Made by a program: the position numbers and the translations under genes | Shown: in pieces, positions 52,505-64,000 of the stretch | Position numbering within the stretch: position 1 is the stretch's first letter | How the letters are laid out: each line of letters begins with the position of its first letter | DNA from: Ylistrum balloti | Lineage: Eukaryota | Direction of reading: 5' to 3' | Assembly (NCBI RefSeq): GCF_031769215.1 | Contig: NW_026782733.1 | Coordinates: forward strand, 558,001 to 622,000 | Length of the DNA: 64,000 nt | The notes under the pieces: model-generated | Seen by the model: only the letters and a program-made list of their open reading frames with translations | Told to the model about the DNA's origin: nothing | Database searches by the model: none

Positions 52505-53400
52505 TAAATATTTACACCCTATCTAGTGTAATTTAGCAGTAAATATTTACACCCTATCTAGTGTAATTTAGCAGTAAATATTTACACCCTATCTAGTGTA
52601 ATTTAGCAGTAAATATTTACACCCTATCTAGTGTAAGTTAGCAGTAAATCTTTACACCTTATTTAGTGTAAGTTAGCAGTAAATATTTACACCCCATTTA
52701 GTGTAAGTTAGCAGTAAATATTTACACCTTATTTAGTGTAAGTTAGCTGTAAATATTTACACCCTACCTAGTGTAAGTTAGCAGTAAATATTTACACCCC
52801 ATTTAGTGTAAGTTTTCAGTAAATATTTACACCCTATTTAGTGTAAGTTAGCAGTAAATATTTACACCCAATTTAGTGTAAGTTAGCAGAAAATATTTAC
52901 ACCCTATCTAGTATAAGTTAGCAGTACATATTTACACCCAATTTAGTGTAAGTTAGTAGTAAATATTTACAACCTATTTAGTGTAAGTTAGCAGTAAATA
53001 TTTACACCTTATTTAGTGTAAGTTAGCAGTAAATATTTACCCCCCATTTAGTGTAAGTTAGCAGTAAATATTTACACCTTATTTAGTGTAAGTTAGCAGT
53101 AGATATTTACACCCCATTTAGTGTAAGTTAGCAGTAAATATTTACACTTTATTTAGTGTAAGTTAGCAGTAAATATTTACACCCCATTTAGTGTAAGTTA
53201 GCAGTAAATATTTACACCTTATTTAGTGTAAGTTAGCAGTAAATATTTTAACCCTACCTAGTGTAAGTTTTCAGTAAATATTTACACCCTATTTAGTGTA
53301 AGTTAGCAGTAAATATTTACACTCTAGTGTAAGTTGAAAGTAAGCATCTACACCCTAACTAGTATAAGTTAGCAATAAATATTTACACCCTACTTAATGT
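52505..53400. repeat. 35-bp minisatellite (agtaaatatttacaccctatttagtgtaagttagc), ~24 copies
   Basis: Direct reading; each unit holds the palindrome GTAAATATTTAC. Confidence 0.97.
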
Positions 53401-56400
53401 TAGTTAACAAAAAAGGTCTATACTTTATTCTGAATCGGTTAGCAGTGAAATTTACATCTATTTAGGACTGACTGTTTACAATCTAGTTTAATATTTATCA
53501 TAAAGAATTAGAGCACTGACATCAACTCAGCCATCAACATGTAACTCATTGTTATGGTAACTGGCCTGTTTTTAGCCAGCATAAACAATGAGAGATTTTA
53601 GAGGAATTTTATTTCAACTTAATTGACAGTTGTGTTAACTAAATTGAATTTTATATATCTACAGTTACATTAACATAGGAATGTAAACATCTATGTAGTA
53701 AACTTTTAAATGTGTGTATTACTCAGACTTACCTGGATTGTATCTATATTACAAGTATCATTAGAGGTATCAAACACAGTCTACCTAGAATGACCTCGGA
53801 GCAGTCTATTGAGGCTGGCCATGTGTCTTAGCCATGGAATGTCAATACTCCACGTACTGTAGTCTTGTCCTCGAATCTTCACATACATTTAAACAGTGAG
53901 ATCACAATGGAAGCATTGTTGACAGATCTCAGCATTCAAATTCTAACATTGTTGTTTTCAAACTTATAAAATAGACCACATTTCACAGGTTACAGACTTT
54001 GTCTCCAGATCAAAGGTTGGAATTATGTATTATCTCCTAGTAAAAAATACACACACTGTGGAAATGATACACACCAAGTAAAATCTCATACAGGTGAGTC
54101 GGTACTTTAATACCTGTAAATCGTAGGTCACACACTTGTTTCCTATCTTTGTGTCTATGCCAGGTTGTTAAAGACATTCACTGATTAGCACTTTCCACAA
54201 ACATTCTCTTCTGCCTGTATCTGACTACTGACCCCTGACCTTCTAAACCCTATCTGACCCCTAACCCCTGACCTAGGACTATACAATATCCATCCCCAAC
54301 TCCAACCCAGTAGTATTGAATCCCTATCAGACATGATTGTGCTTCACACAAAAAAGAGGCCCCCTGGATAACGGAATTGTGAGGTATAACACACAAGTAT
54401 GCCTTCCTGTCACTAGTTTATTTTGACAAACTGTTTTACATACTGTATCTATTTATGAACCAAAGGTCAGGTTACTTGACCTTTAATGAAACATGACTAC
54501 AAAACATAAGCAAAATAATGCCATATGATGATATAAAACAAACCTATTTACAGCGTGTAAATTCATATATAATGTATATCTTGGCTTGGTATACACTCAC
54601 ATTCATTAATATCTGACATACAAACAATACCACAAATGTGAAAATATACTACCAAAAAAATATTTCTACATTTGATCTTGTATCTTCTGAAGTTAATTTG
54701 GTTTTAAAAGTTTCCTTGCCTTTCTAGAGGCATACATATACTATAAGGCTAATTAGAGTCAAAACAGTGTCAATGTTTTTGGCTCATTAAATGTGGTAGA
54801 GAAATATTCACATGTCTTGAATATACTCATACTCTCTACTGAAAACAGCAACAGAGATCTTCCAGAAACTGTCCATCACACATAGTATTTTGACCAATCA
54901 GAGAGGTGGATTGTCAATTAACATATTCTGTTTAGTGGCAAACAAAAACAGATGACAAAGTATAGTCGTAATCTTTAAAGCTGAGAAAAACTTTACAAAT
55001 TGGTTGTGTAAAGCTAAAAACACCCAGGACCAGTTATACATCAAAGTAATTGCTGTCTTTTTTCAGCTTAATAACACTTTCCCAGGTAAAACCCTAGAAC
55101 TAGTCATCAACGGAAATTTATAATTCCTTTTTTTTTTTATTAACTGGTGTAAGCAGTGAATAAGTACCTCTATTCCTTAAGATAAGATCTTTTTACATTT
55201 TTATGATTTCCAATAAATGGATTTTTACAACAATATTTTAATGCTTCAGCTGTACTGTTTATGTGGCTCAATAGTAAGGAGTCAGATGTAGGAGCTAGAG
55301 TAAAATGTGAAACATTAACCTGTACACAGTTATTATTCCCAAAGTAATACTTCTATCTACAAGCATTTCACATTACAGTTATATTTCAGTGATATTTCAA
55401 TACAACATATAGGTATCTATTTTTCCCTGGTGAGTGATATAGGTACTACACATTTCATTATCAATAAAAGAATCTCCATACATCTAGTAAGTTGTATACA
55501 ACACATGAATATTTCATTGCTGTAATGGAAGAGAATGTAACACAAGTATCCATATCACATCTACCAGAAGTAGAAAAAAAAAATTCATATAACTCACCCA
55601 GTATACACAACATCAATACTTCAAACCGGCATTATTATGAAAATGCAATCTGATGCTTTTCCCATGGAACATTCCCGCAGTGAACAAGTTTAAATTCAAT
55701 TCACATTCTAATGTAATTGACGTGTCACAAACCTCCATTTGAAGAATTTAGTGTATTCATATCAGAGAGTTGTTACTATTTGAACATTTTTACATTCAAC
55801 TCAATTCTGTACAGCACATTCAAAGACAGAGTATAACTACACATTTATATACCCTAGTACCTACTTGATAAAACAGTCTGTACTTTCCATAGCAAGTTGA
55901 GCCTTCACCAGCCCACAGTCTAATATAGAAATCATTCAAGCGTGTTATTGGAATTATGCTATCTGCATTTCAATCTCGGTCATTAAGTGATAACTTTGGA
56001 GCTACATTGAAAGCAAACTCGGAATTCCCAACAGACATTAACTAGTTTAAACCTAATCAATTCCAAACAATAATGGGCTGTGTCCTAAGTACCCGTGAAA
56101 TCACAGTAAATGATCATCTTTACTGGTCTGTCTATGGCCTGTCCAATACAACCATGATTTGTGTATCATTAAGAAATCTATACTTGCAGGACCTGTTAAG
56201 GATTCATACCATATAAAACAATGTTCTATCTGTATACAACTTTATCAGCTGCTTGTTTGTCAAAATCAAGATAACAAGATAGGTCACAGTTTTGCTGAAG
56301 AAAAAAAATTGATGACCCATCCGAGGAAAAATTTGGGTTTTTTTTCTGTTGTAAATGTGTATTTACAACTTACAAAAACATTCTATCCAATGACAAATTG

Positions 56401-56490
56401 GATTATTGAGTTTACAGTCTTCATTAGTCTGAGATTGACTGGGCCTTCTCTATATAGTGGGTATATATTAGAGATAATACAATGTGACGT

Positions 56491-56686
56491 GCTATAACAT
56501 CATTTATTTCGTGGGAATCAAATTTTCATGTCTTCCAAAAATATACAGTTTTCTTTGAGCACTTAATTTTGTGATAAATACTGCTTAAAAATTCACAAGT
56601 ATTATAATCCATGCCAATTTAATACTTTGTTAGACATCGAAATTCATGAATTTAGAGGATCCACCAATTATTAATGAAGTTACAGT
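56491..56686. mobile_element. Decayed ~200-bp MITE with imperfect terminal inverted repeats
   Basis: Left end ctataacatcatttatttcgtgg vs reverse complement of right end actgtaacttcattaataattggtgg. Confidence 0.55.
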
Positions 56687-59600
56687 GTGCACATTCTGAA
56701 ATGTCTAATGATCCAAACATCGAGACTTGAAAATCAGTCTTCAATTCTGATTCCAGTATAAGATATTTAAGACACTGCTCAATTTAAAGACAGGTATTAT
56801 CAATATCCCATAGTCAGTGAGAGAAGATCGCATAATAGGTAAGTATATTATACCTATGTATCTTCCTTCTAAAGTGAAAATGATCTGATCTTGTTGCATC
56901 TAAAATTTGTGTAACTCTTTAAAAAAGCTTCCAGTTACAAAATAAAGAGAAAATTTTCCACTGAGGACAAAGGTGAAACAAGGTTTTGATCTTCCACATT
57001 AAGTTTGGAATGCAGAAGTTTGTGGACACTCGAGGTACTGCGGTCACAGTGCCCCGTCTCTGCACCATTGTGTATGAGCCTAGATTATCTTGTAGGATAG
57101 AGTTACCGAATTAGCAAGTAAGATCTGTATTCCTGTCTCTACGTTATCCCAGGGGGGTAGTCACTTTGAGTGGATTACATTCATAGTCAATGAACAAAAA
57201 AAGCAACATGTCTCCAAAATCAAATTCTTCAAATACCACTTTAAGACAGGAAGGTGGGGTTTTTGAGGTAATTATCCTCATGTTTTGATGGCCCAGTAAA
57301 TGAAGGCAAGTCTTCAGTAGCTACCTTCCAGTTCCGATTATATTATATATTTGAAATAAAGTTTGTCTTTAAGGTAACTACCCCTAAATTTTGATGGCAA
57401 ACCTGAAGTTGAGTAAACCTTATCAGGTTCCTGAAAAGGAGAAATCCAACATTCTGTGTTTTCTAAAGAATATCGATTGAGAGTCTTTGATATATGTAGT
57501 TAAATTATGCCTTCTCTTTAATGAAGTTATATACTCATATATAATGACACACTGTCTTATCTGACCGAATGATTTCTATACTTTGTGTCATGACACTGGT
57601 TCTTTGACACAATGTGAACTGATCAATTATGTCCCTCTTGATGTCAGTAATTTAACTGTATCACATTTCTATTGCTTTTTGAAAAAGTTATAAAAAAAAA
57701 AAAATTATTTCTATTTTTCAAAAAAACATCAAACTAAGATAACATGATGTAACAGACTTTGATAATAAAAGTAGCAGTAGTTAACTTTAAGTTCATAGAT
57801 GCATTATGATATTACACTGGGACAGGCACTATGACCTAATCCCAGTCGCATGTCTGTTAAAAAAATCTTTATAAAAATTAAATAACTTTAATGAGCTGTC
57901 AAACTACATTATTCCCCAGTGACCATGATCCGGTAAGTATCCCGGTAATGTTTAAATAGATCGCACTGTAACGTAAGGTCATCTTTAAAGCAAGAAGAAA
58001 AGAACAAAAAAATAGATCTCATTATATAGCTAGCAATTTTTATACAATGATTCAACATTCTTATCAAGATGATTGGTTAAGTATCTGTCAACTTGGACAG
58101 TGCTTTCCAACCCAAAATTGAAAAATGACATTTGTGACATATGCTAAGTGTGTAGATATTATCTGTTGTACCCAGTTCACCTTGAGTCTACGTAGGTGTA
58201 CAAATTCACATACCAATAATTCGTCTTTGGTAATGATATCTGATAGCCACTAAAACAGAAACTATATATATTTATTTTATCATGTTTTGAGTCATTTAAA
58301 TGAATACTTCCACTTTGTGATCATTATACGAAATTCAAGAGAAACTCATATGTGAAATATTGAACTTAAATATTCACATTTTGAATTAGGTTTATACAAA
58401 TATCTATAATGTGAAAGTGTTTACCAGAACAGAACTGTTAAATCTTCTAAAAAGAAAGCAGAAACCAAATTCTTCACATGTTTTTATACAGATTTTGGTT
58501 TAAGATTAAGACAACCAAGGACACATGAGTCAGAAACGATTAAAACCTTTGCTGCGATATCTTCCACTGATAAACACATTACACACATTGTGTCTTTATT
58601 GTTACAAAGATTTTCTGCTTAATCGGCAATAAATCCCAATTATGTGAACAAAAACATCCAAGAATAAAAATTCCAGTATGTTCCTTCAAAGGAAACTTAC
58701 ATAAATTAGTCTTATAACTATGCATTCAAACGATATGGGTGTCTTTGCTTCTTTTTGATAGTTCTGAAATAATGATTTCCATAGCAAGACAGAATGAAAT
58801 CAAAACATTTCATTTTGTAAATCATAAAATTTTATTATCTAGTACAAGTTTAATGACCTGTGTTATGATGAGAAAATGACTGCCTGGCAAAAGGTCTAAT
58901 CAGCCTAACTTGACCAATGACCTTGACCTAGAACCAAGCACATTCAGGTAACAATATATATATAAACTTTGTTAGACCAGATTTATAGACTCGTCTCCAT
59001 TGGCATGGTAGAGGATTTTAGTGGTAATACACAATCTAATGAACGGGGTCCTTTCTGAATTCTGAAGTGGTGAAGTTTAGCCAGAGATCAAGTGATACTG
59101 TGATCCTTTAAGGGACAAAAAAGACTGGCATGAGACAATACATCATGGGGTGATTCAGGTATCTACAGGATGTACAATGATGAATATGCCTAGGACAGAT
59201 GATTATTTGAGTTGATATTGGCATCTGACCATGAACAATGATATTGACCTTGACCTACAGGACAAAAAACACACTCTTCACATTAAGTGTGAGAAGATTG
59301 TTCTAGTGTATACCAAACAATGAAGAAAATGTAGGCTGAAAGAAGAAAATGCTGGGACAAAGAAAGCATTCAAAATTTAACAAAGACAGATGGACAGACA
59401 TAACATTTTATGTGCAGGTCACTACTTAAATGCTGGGAGAAAGAAAACATTCCAAAAACATGGAAATATAATATTATAATATACTTGTGAAAAGAAATGT
59501 TCCAACAGAAACTTTGGAGTTAATATCATATCTTTTTATCACAAAATGAGTAAGGCATTGATATCTACTATTTTTTTCAAAATATGGCCTTGATCTAATT

Positions 59601-62562
59601 GGATTGGTTCTATTGTGTCGGAAAGCATCCCATCTGAACAATGGTCTTAAGATTTTCTTCATATCTACATTACACTTGTCAGTTCACACAACATCAGATC
59701 CATTTTTTGAACCATTCAAGTAATAATTAAGTAATTCTAGCAACAAAGTTAATGTAATCAAACTACTATAAAAAATCATTTTCTTATTCAAATCCAAGTC
59801 ATACAAGTTTGGTTCAAGGAAATAAAATTCTTCACTTCTGGTCAAAAATATTATAATCTCTGCATTTATCCCAGATAATAAAAACTAAGAAATTGTGTTG
59901 TGACAAAGATTTACAAAATCATGATTTCAGGCAAAATATGAATATACATTTCATTTCCTTTAATTTTGAATATCATTAGGTAAAGATCATAATATGAATA
60001 TTTAAGATTTCCACTGGATCACAAGAAGTGCTTCCGGGAGGTTGTGAAAATGGGCAAACTAGACACAAACATATGGAACATGGTCAGATAATAAAGCAAG
60101 AATAGATGAACTATACCGTCACAGGTAAATGAATAAGTCTGAATGCCTCGACCAGGTGCAGCTGTGAAGGCATGCAGTCACAACCCCTTGGGATGACACC
60201 AGCTTTAGGTAATCAACAGGTAACCTATTCTGCATTTTGATATTGTAATAACAGTGGATGATATATATAACACACACACACATCACATGAGTCAATGATC
60301 ATCACAATCTCCAGTTACAATTATATTTTACCTTGTTGTCGACATGTTTTGTAGTTATGTGACCTTCACATTACCTACAGTACAATATATCTTACCTGAA
60401 CCTGTATTGTTAGTGGGTTATCTAACTTCCTCAATCTAAGCATATTGGCTTCAATATTCATCTACAGTGTATTGATTTTATTTCAATTGCCTTTAATACA
60501 CTTGAAATCCTCTTGAGATGTTTTTTAAAATTGGTAACAACACAACACACTTCCTGTTTTAAACAGCATGTGTTCAAATGACAACATCAAAAGTCTGGGT
60601 AGATAAATGCATTCATTTCTTAAAATAGAAGCAATTATTTATGGAAGGAATAATTGATGTTTTTAAATTTGTTTTCTGTTACATTCAACACAATAACTGG
60701 TTGACAGTGTTCAATTACTTACATTCGCATGCCATTTAAGTATGAACTGAGAGTCTAAATTGTATAAGATAGGTGAATGAGACTGGCAGAGAGACAGATA
60801 GCTGTGTGGATTCTCAGTCCAGATTGGAAATTATCAAATAAAACAGGGAAACAGGGAGTATAGTGATTGATATAACACAAGAATCTCTGTTACTCAGCTG
60901 ATGGAGCATGCTTCTTTGGCTAAGTTGGTACATATAAAGCTGTGGATTATAACAGCAGAGACCTGGATTTGATTCCTGTAAAAGTGCCCACAAAGAATAT
61001 GAATCTACTGTTCTGTAATGACAGTTTAACACTTATCAGAAACCCAAGTAGTAAATTCCTGTACAGGTGCTCCGAAAGAACCCTTTCTTTGATGAAATAA
61101 AGCTAAACATCATATTTAAGGAAAAAAATATATTATTTAGTATATAGGAAGAAAATTGTCCATACTGGTGATTCTATCACCTATATTCCAAATTCCTATA
61201 TGGTTACAGAGAGGTCAACTGGAGATTTAACACTGAAAGGCGAATGTCACCAATTATGCTATTCTAAAGCATACAATCCTATCATCCCCATGAGTACAGT
61301 TAGTCTAATTGGAGTGAAGAAAACATAAGCGAAGATAAAGTTTTACTTACTTAAACTGATGTCAGGCTGCAAAGTCTGTCATTTAAAGTACTGAAAGATT
61401 CTCCATGAAATAACATAAAAGTGAGGAAACTAACAATAATGCAGCTTCTGATAATCCCAGGTCCTAGTATACCATAGAAAACAACCCACAGACAGCTGTG
61501 TCTACTCAAGTGTGACGCCCAAATCCACTCAGCGTGACCAGCAGCTAACTTCAAGTTCAACACAGGTCAATTTAAATGGTACATATATACATAACAACAT
61601 GCTAATTTCTTTTCACTTAAAATTTCTTTCATATCGACACAAAAATCAATAAAAGCATTAAAATTAAATTACAGAACAATGAGAGAAGTGATGGCTCGAG
61701 CAGGCATTGTTTTGTAGTATTACATGTATATACCTGCAGCCTCCATACATAAGAAGGGGAGATAACTATAATTATAATGGGTATTGGATTCATTTTTCTA
61801 TTCCAAATCAGATTTTATTACTTCTGAATACAGGCAGAATGTCGTGTTTAATACAAGAAAATAAAGCTTCATCAACAAACCCTACAAATACAGCTATAAG
61901 TGACATTAAAACTTTTAATGTAACGACACCCACATAATCATCTTACGTTAGGCGTGCTCAGTTTAGATTTATGTTACCAAACAGGCAAACACATAAACTG
62001 TACATACACTAATTGAATACTTGACTGTTTAATGTATATATTCAAACAAAAAACCACTGACTTATTTCATCTGAACAGATATTTCACAAATCCAATGATA
62101 AGCAAACAAATTAAAGAAATGAAAAAAGTTAAATGAATTTCAGAACAGCAACTTATGTATATTAAATACATTTGAAATAATATACAGCCAATTTTTTTTC
62201 CAGCAACCTGGAGCCAGTACCAGGAGCCACCCTATAGGTTTAATTAAGAAGGAAAGACAGGCAACAATGTTAGTAATACAATACCGTTTCTGTCAAGCCT
62301 GCAGAAATTTTTTGTCAGCTACGCATCTCAAAATAGGCATATAGAAAAACGTTCTTATTTTTGAAGACAACTATCCTAATCCTACATATCCATGAAAATA
62401 ATTTCATGAAAATCTTTTAACTAAACTGTATCTAATTCTGTAATGGCTTACAATCCTACTACATAACTCAAGATCATGCTTCCAGAAGTCGGGATGATTG
62501 AATCATCAGAATTCTCATACAATTTATGAAGTGAAGTAGTCAGATCAGCCCAGCTTGGAAAT

Positions 62563-64000
62563 ATGTCTAGGAGTCACTGTAGTCACTTTCCAAACTATAA
62601 GTCTAGTAGTCACTGTAGTCACTTTCAAAACTATATGTCTAGTAGTCACTGTAGTCACTTTTAAAACTATATGTCTAGTAGTCACTGTAGTCACTTTCCA
62701 AACCATATGTCTAGTAGTCACTATCCAAACTATATGTCTAGTAGTCACTAAAGTCACTTTCCAAACCATATGTCTAGTAGTCACTATCTAAACTATATGT
62801 CTAGTAGTCACTATCCAAATTATATGTCTAGTAGTCACTATCCAAACTATATGTCTAGTAGTCACTAAAGTCACTTTCCAAACCATATGTCTAGTAGTCA
62901 CTATCCAAACTATATGTCTAGTAGTCACTATCTAAACTATATGTCTAGTAGTCACTATCTAAACTATATGTCTAGTAATCACTATCCAAATTATATGTCT
63001 AGTAGTCACTTTCCAAACCATATGTCTAGTAGTCACTATCCAAACTATATGTCTAGTAGTCACTAAAGTCACTTTCCAAACCATATGTCTAGTAGTCACT
63101 ATCTAAACTATATGTCTAGTAGTCACTATCAAAATTATATGTCTAGTAGTCACAATCCAAACTATATGTCTAGTAGTCACTAAAGTCACTTTCCAAACTA
63201 AAGTCACTTTCCACCACATGTCTAGTAGTCACTATCCAAACTATATGTCTAGTAGTCACTATCCAAACTATATGTCTAGTAGTCACTATCCAAACTACAT
63301 GTCTAGTAGTCACTGTAGTCACTATCCAAACTACATGTCTAGTAGTCACTAAAGTCACTTTCCAAACCATATGTCTAGTAGTCACTATCTAAACTATATG
63401 TCTAGTAGTCACTATCCAAATTATATGTCTAGTAGTCACTATCCAAACTATATGTCTAGTAGTCACTAAAGTCACTTTCCAAACCATATGTCTAGTAGTC
63501 ACTATCCAAGCTATATGTCTAGTAGTCACTATCCAAACTATATGTCTAGTAGTCACTATCCAAACTATATGTCTAGTAGTCACTGTAGTCACTATCCAAA
63601 TTATATGTCTAGTAGTCACTAAAGTCACTTTCCAAACCATATGTCTAGTAGTCACTATCCAAACCATATGTCTAGTAATCACTATCCAAACCATATGTCT
63701 AGTAGTCACTATCCATACTATATGTCTAGTAGTCACTATCCAAACTATATGTCTAGTAGTCACTGTAGTCACTATCCAAACTATATGTCTAGTAGTCACT
63801 GTAGTCACTATCCAAACTACATGTCTAGTAGTCACTGTAGTCACTATCCAAACTATATGTCTAGTAGTCACTGTAGTCACTTTCCAAACTATATGTCTAG
63901 TAGTCACTAAAGTCACTATCCAAACTACATGTCTAGTAGTCACTGTAGTCACTATCCAAACTATATGTCTAGTAGTCACTGTAGTCACTATCCAAACTAT
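62563..64000. repeat. 27/36-bp minisatellite (atatgtctagtagtcact[gtagtcact]atccaaact), truncated by the window end
   Basis: Direct reading; source of the TTRHIVWIV-type ORFs. Confidence 0.97.

Noticed and set aside
53731-53800. Strong donor CAG|gtaagt in the 5' intron
   Set aside because: No open segment ends in the required phase 1, and there is no ankyrin-like sequence.
60915-60980. tRNA-like A-box (tggctaagttggta) and B-box (ggatttgattcc) spacing
   Set aside because: No convincing cloverleaf or SINE core follows; at most a very old remnant.
62545-63988. ORFs of (TTRHIVWIV)n and their antisense partners
   Set aside because: Repeat artefacts; the 27/36-bp periods are multiples of 3.
2049-64000. 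Regularly spaced repeats as CRISPR arrays
   Set aside because: Units are head-to-tail with no unique spacers, no cas genes are present, and the context is a eukaryotic intron.
50630-64000. Expected upstream ankyrin-repeat exon
   Set aside because: No phase-1 donor preceded by ankyrin-like coding sequence was found by eye; it is presumed outside the window.

Overview
AT-rich animal genomic DNA. The repeat types suggest a bivalve mollusc (inference). The window lies inside one large minus-strand gene, a Caskin homologue (ankyrin-SH3-SAM-SAM scaffold). I read six coding exons by hand, and they join in consistent phase: 50629-50535, 37021-36910 (together the SH3 domain), 35856-35665, 27995-27883, 10266-10051 and 202-8 (linker ending just before the expected SAM1). 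The ankyrin and SAM exons were not found here. The ORF track catches only two of the six exons, and nearly all its other ORFs are repeat artefacts or shadows. About a quarter of the window (~15-16 kb, rough sum) is ~16 intronic minisatellite arrays of 25-60 bp units, each found at one locus only. There are also decayed tRNA-derived SINEs and MITE/pearl-like fragments. The most notable points are: arrays that begin at or next to exon 3' ends and copy the splice donor, a satellite showing monomer and dimer forms side by side, a shared RTCACT core in seven arrays, an array of palindromic forkhead-type sites, and several candidate alternative or micro-exons in the SH3-SAM linker. No protein-coding mobile element, CRISPR array or structural RNA gene is supported.
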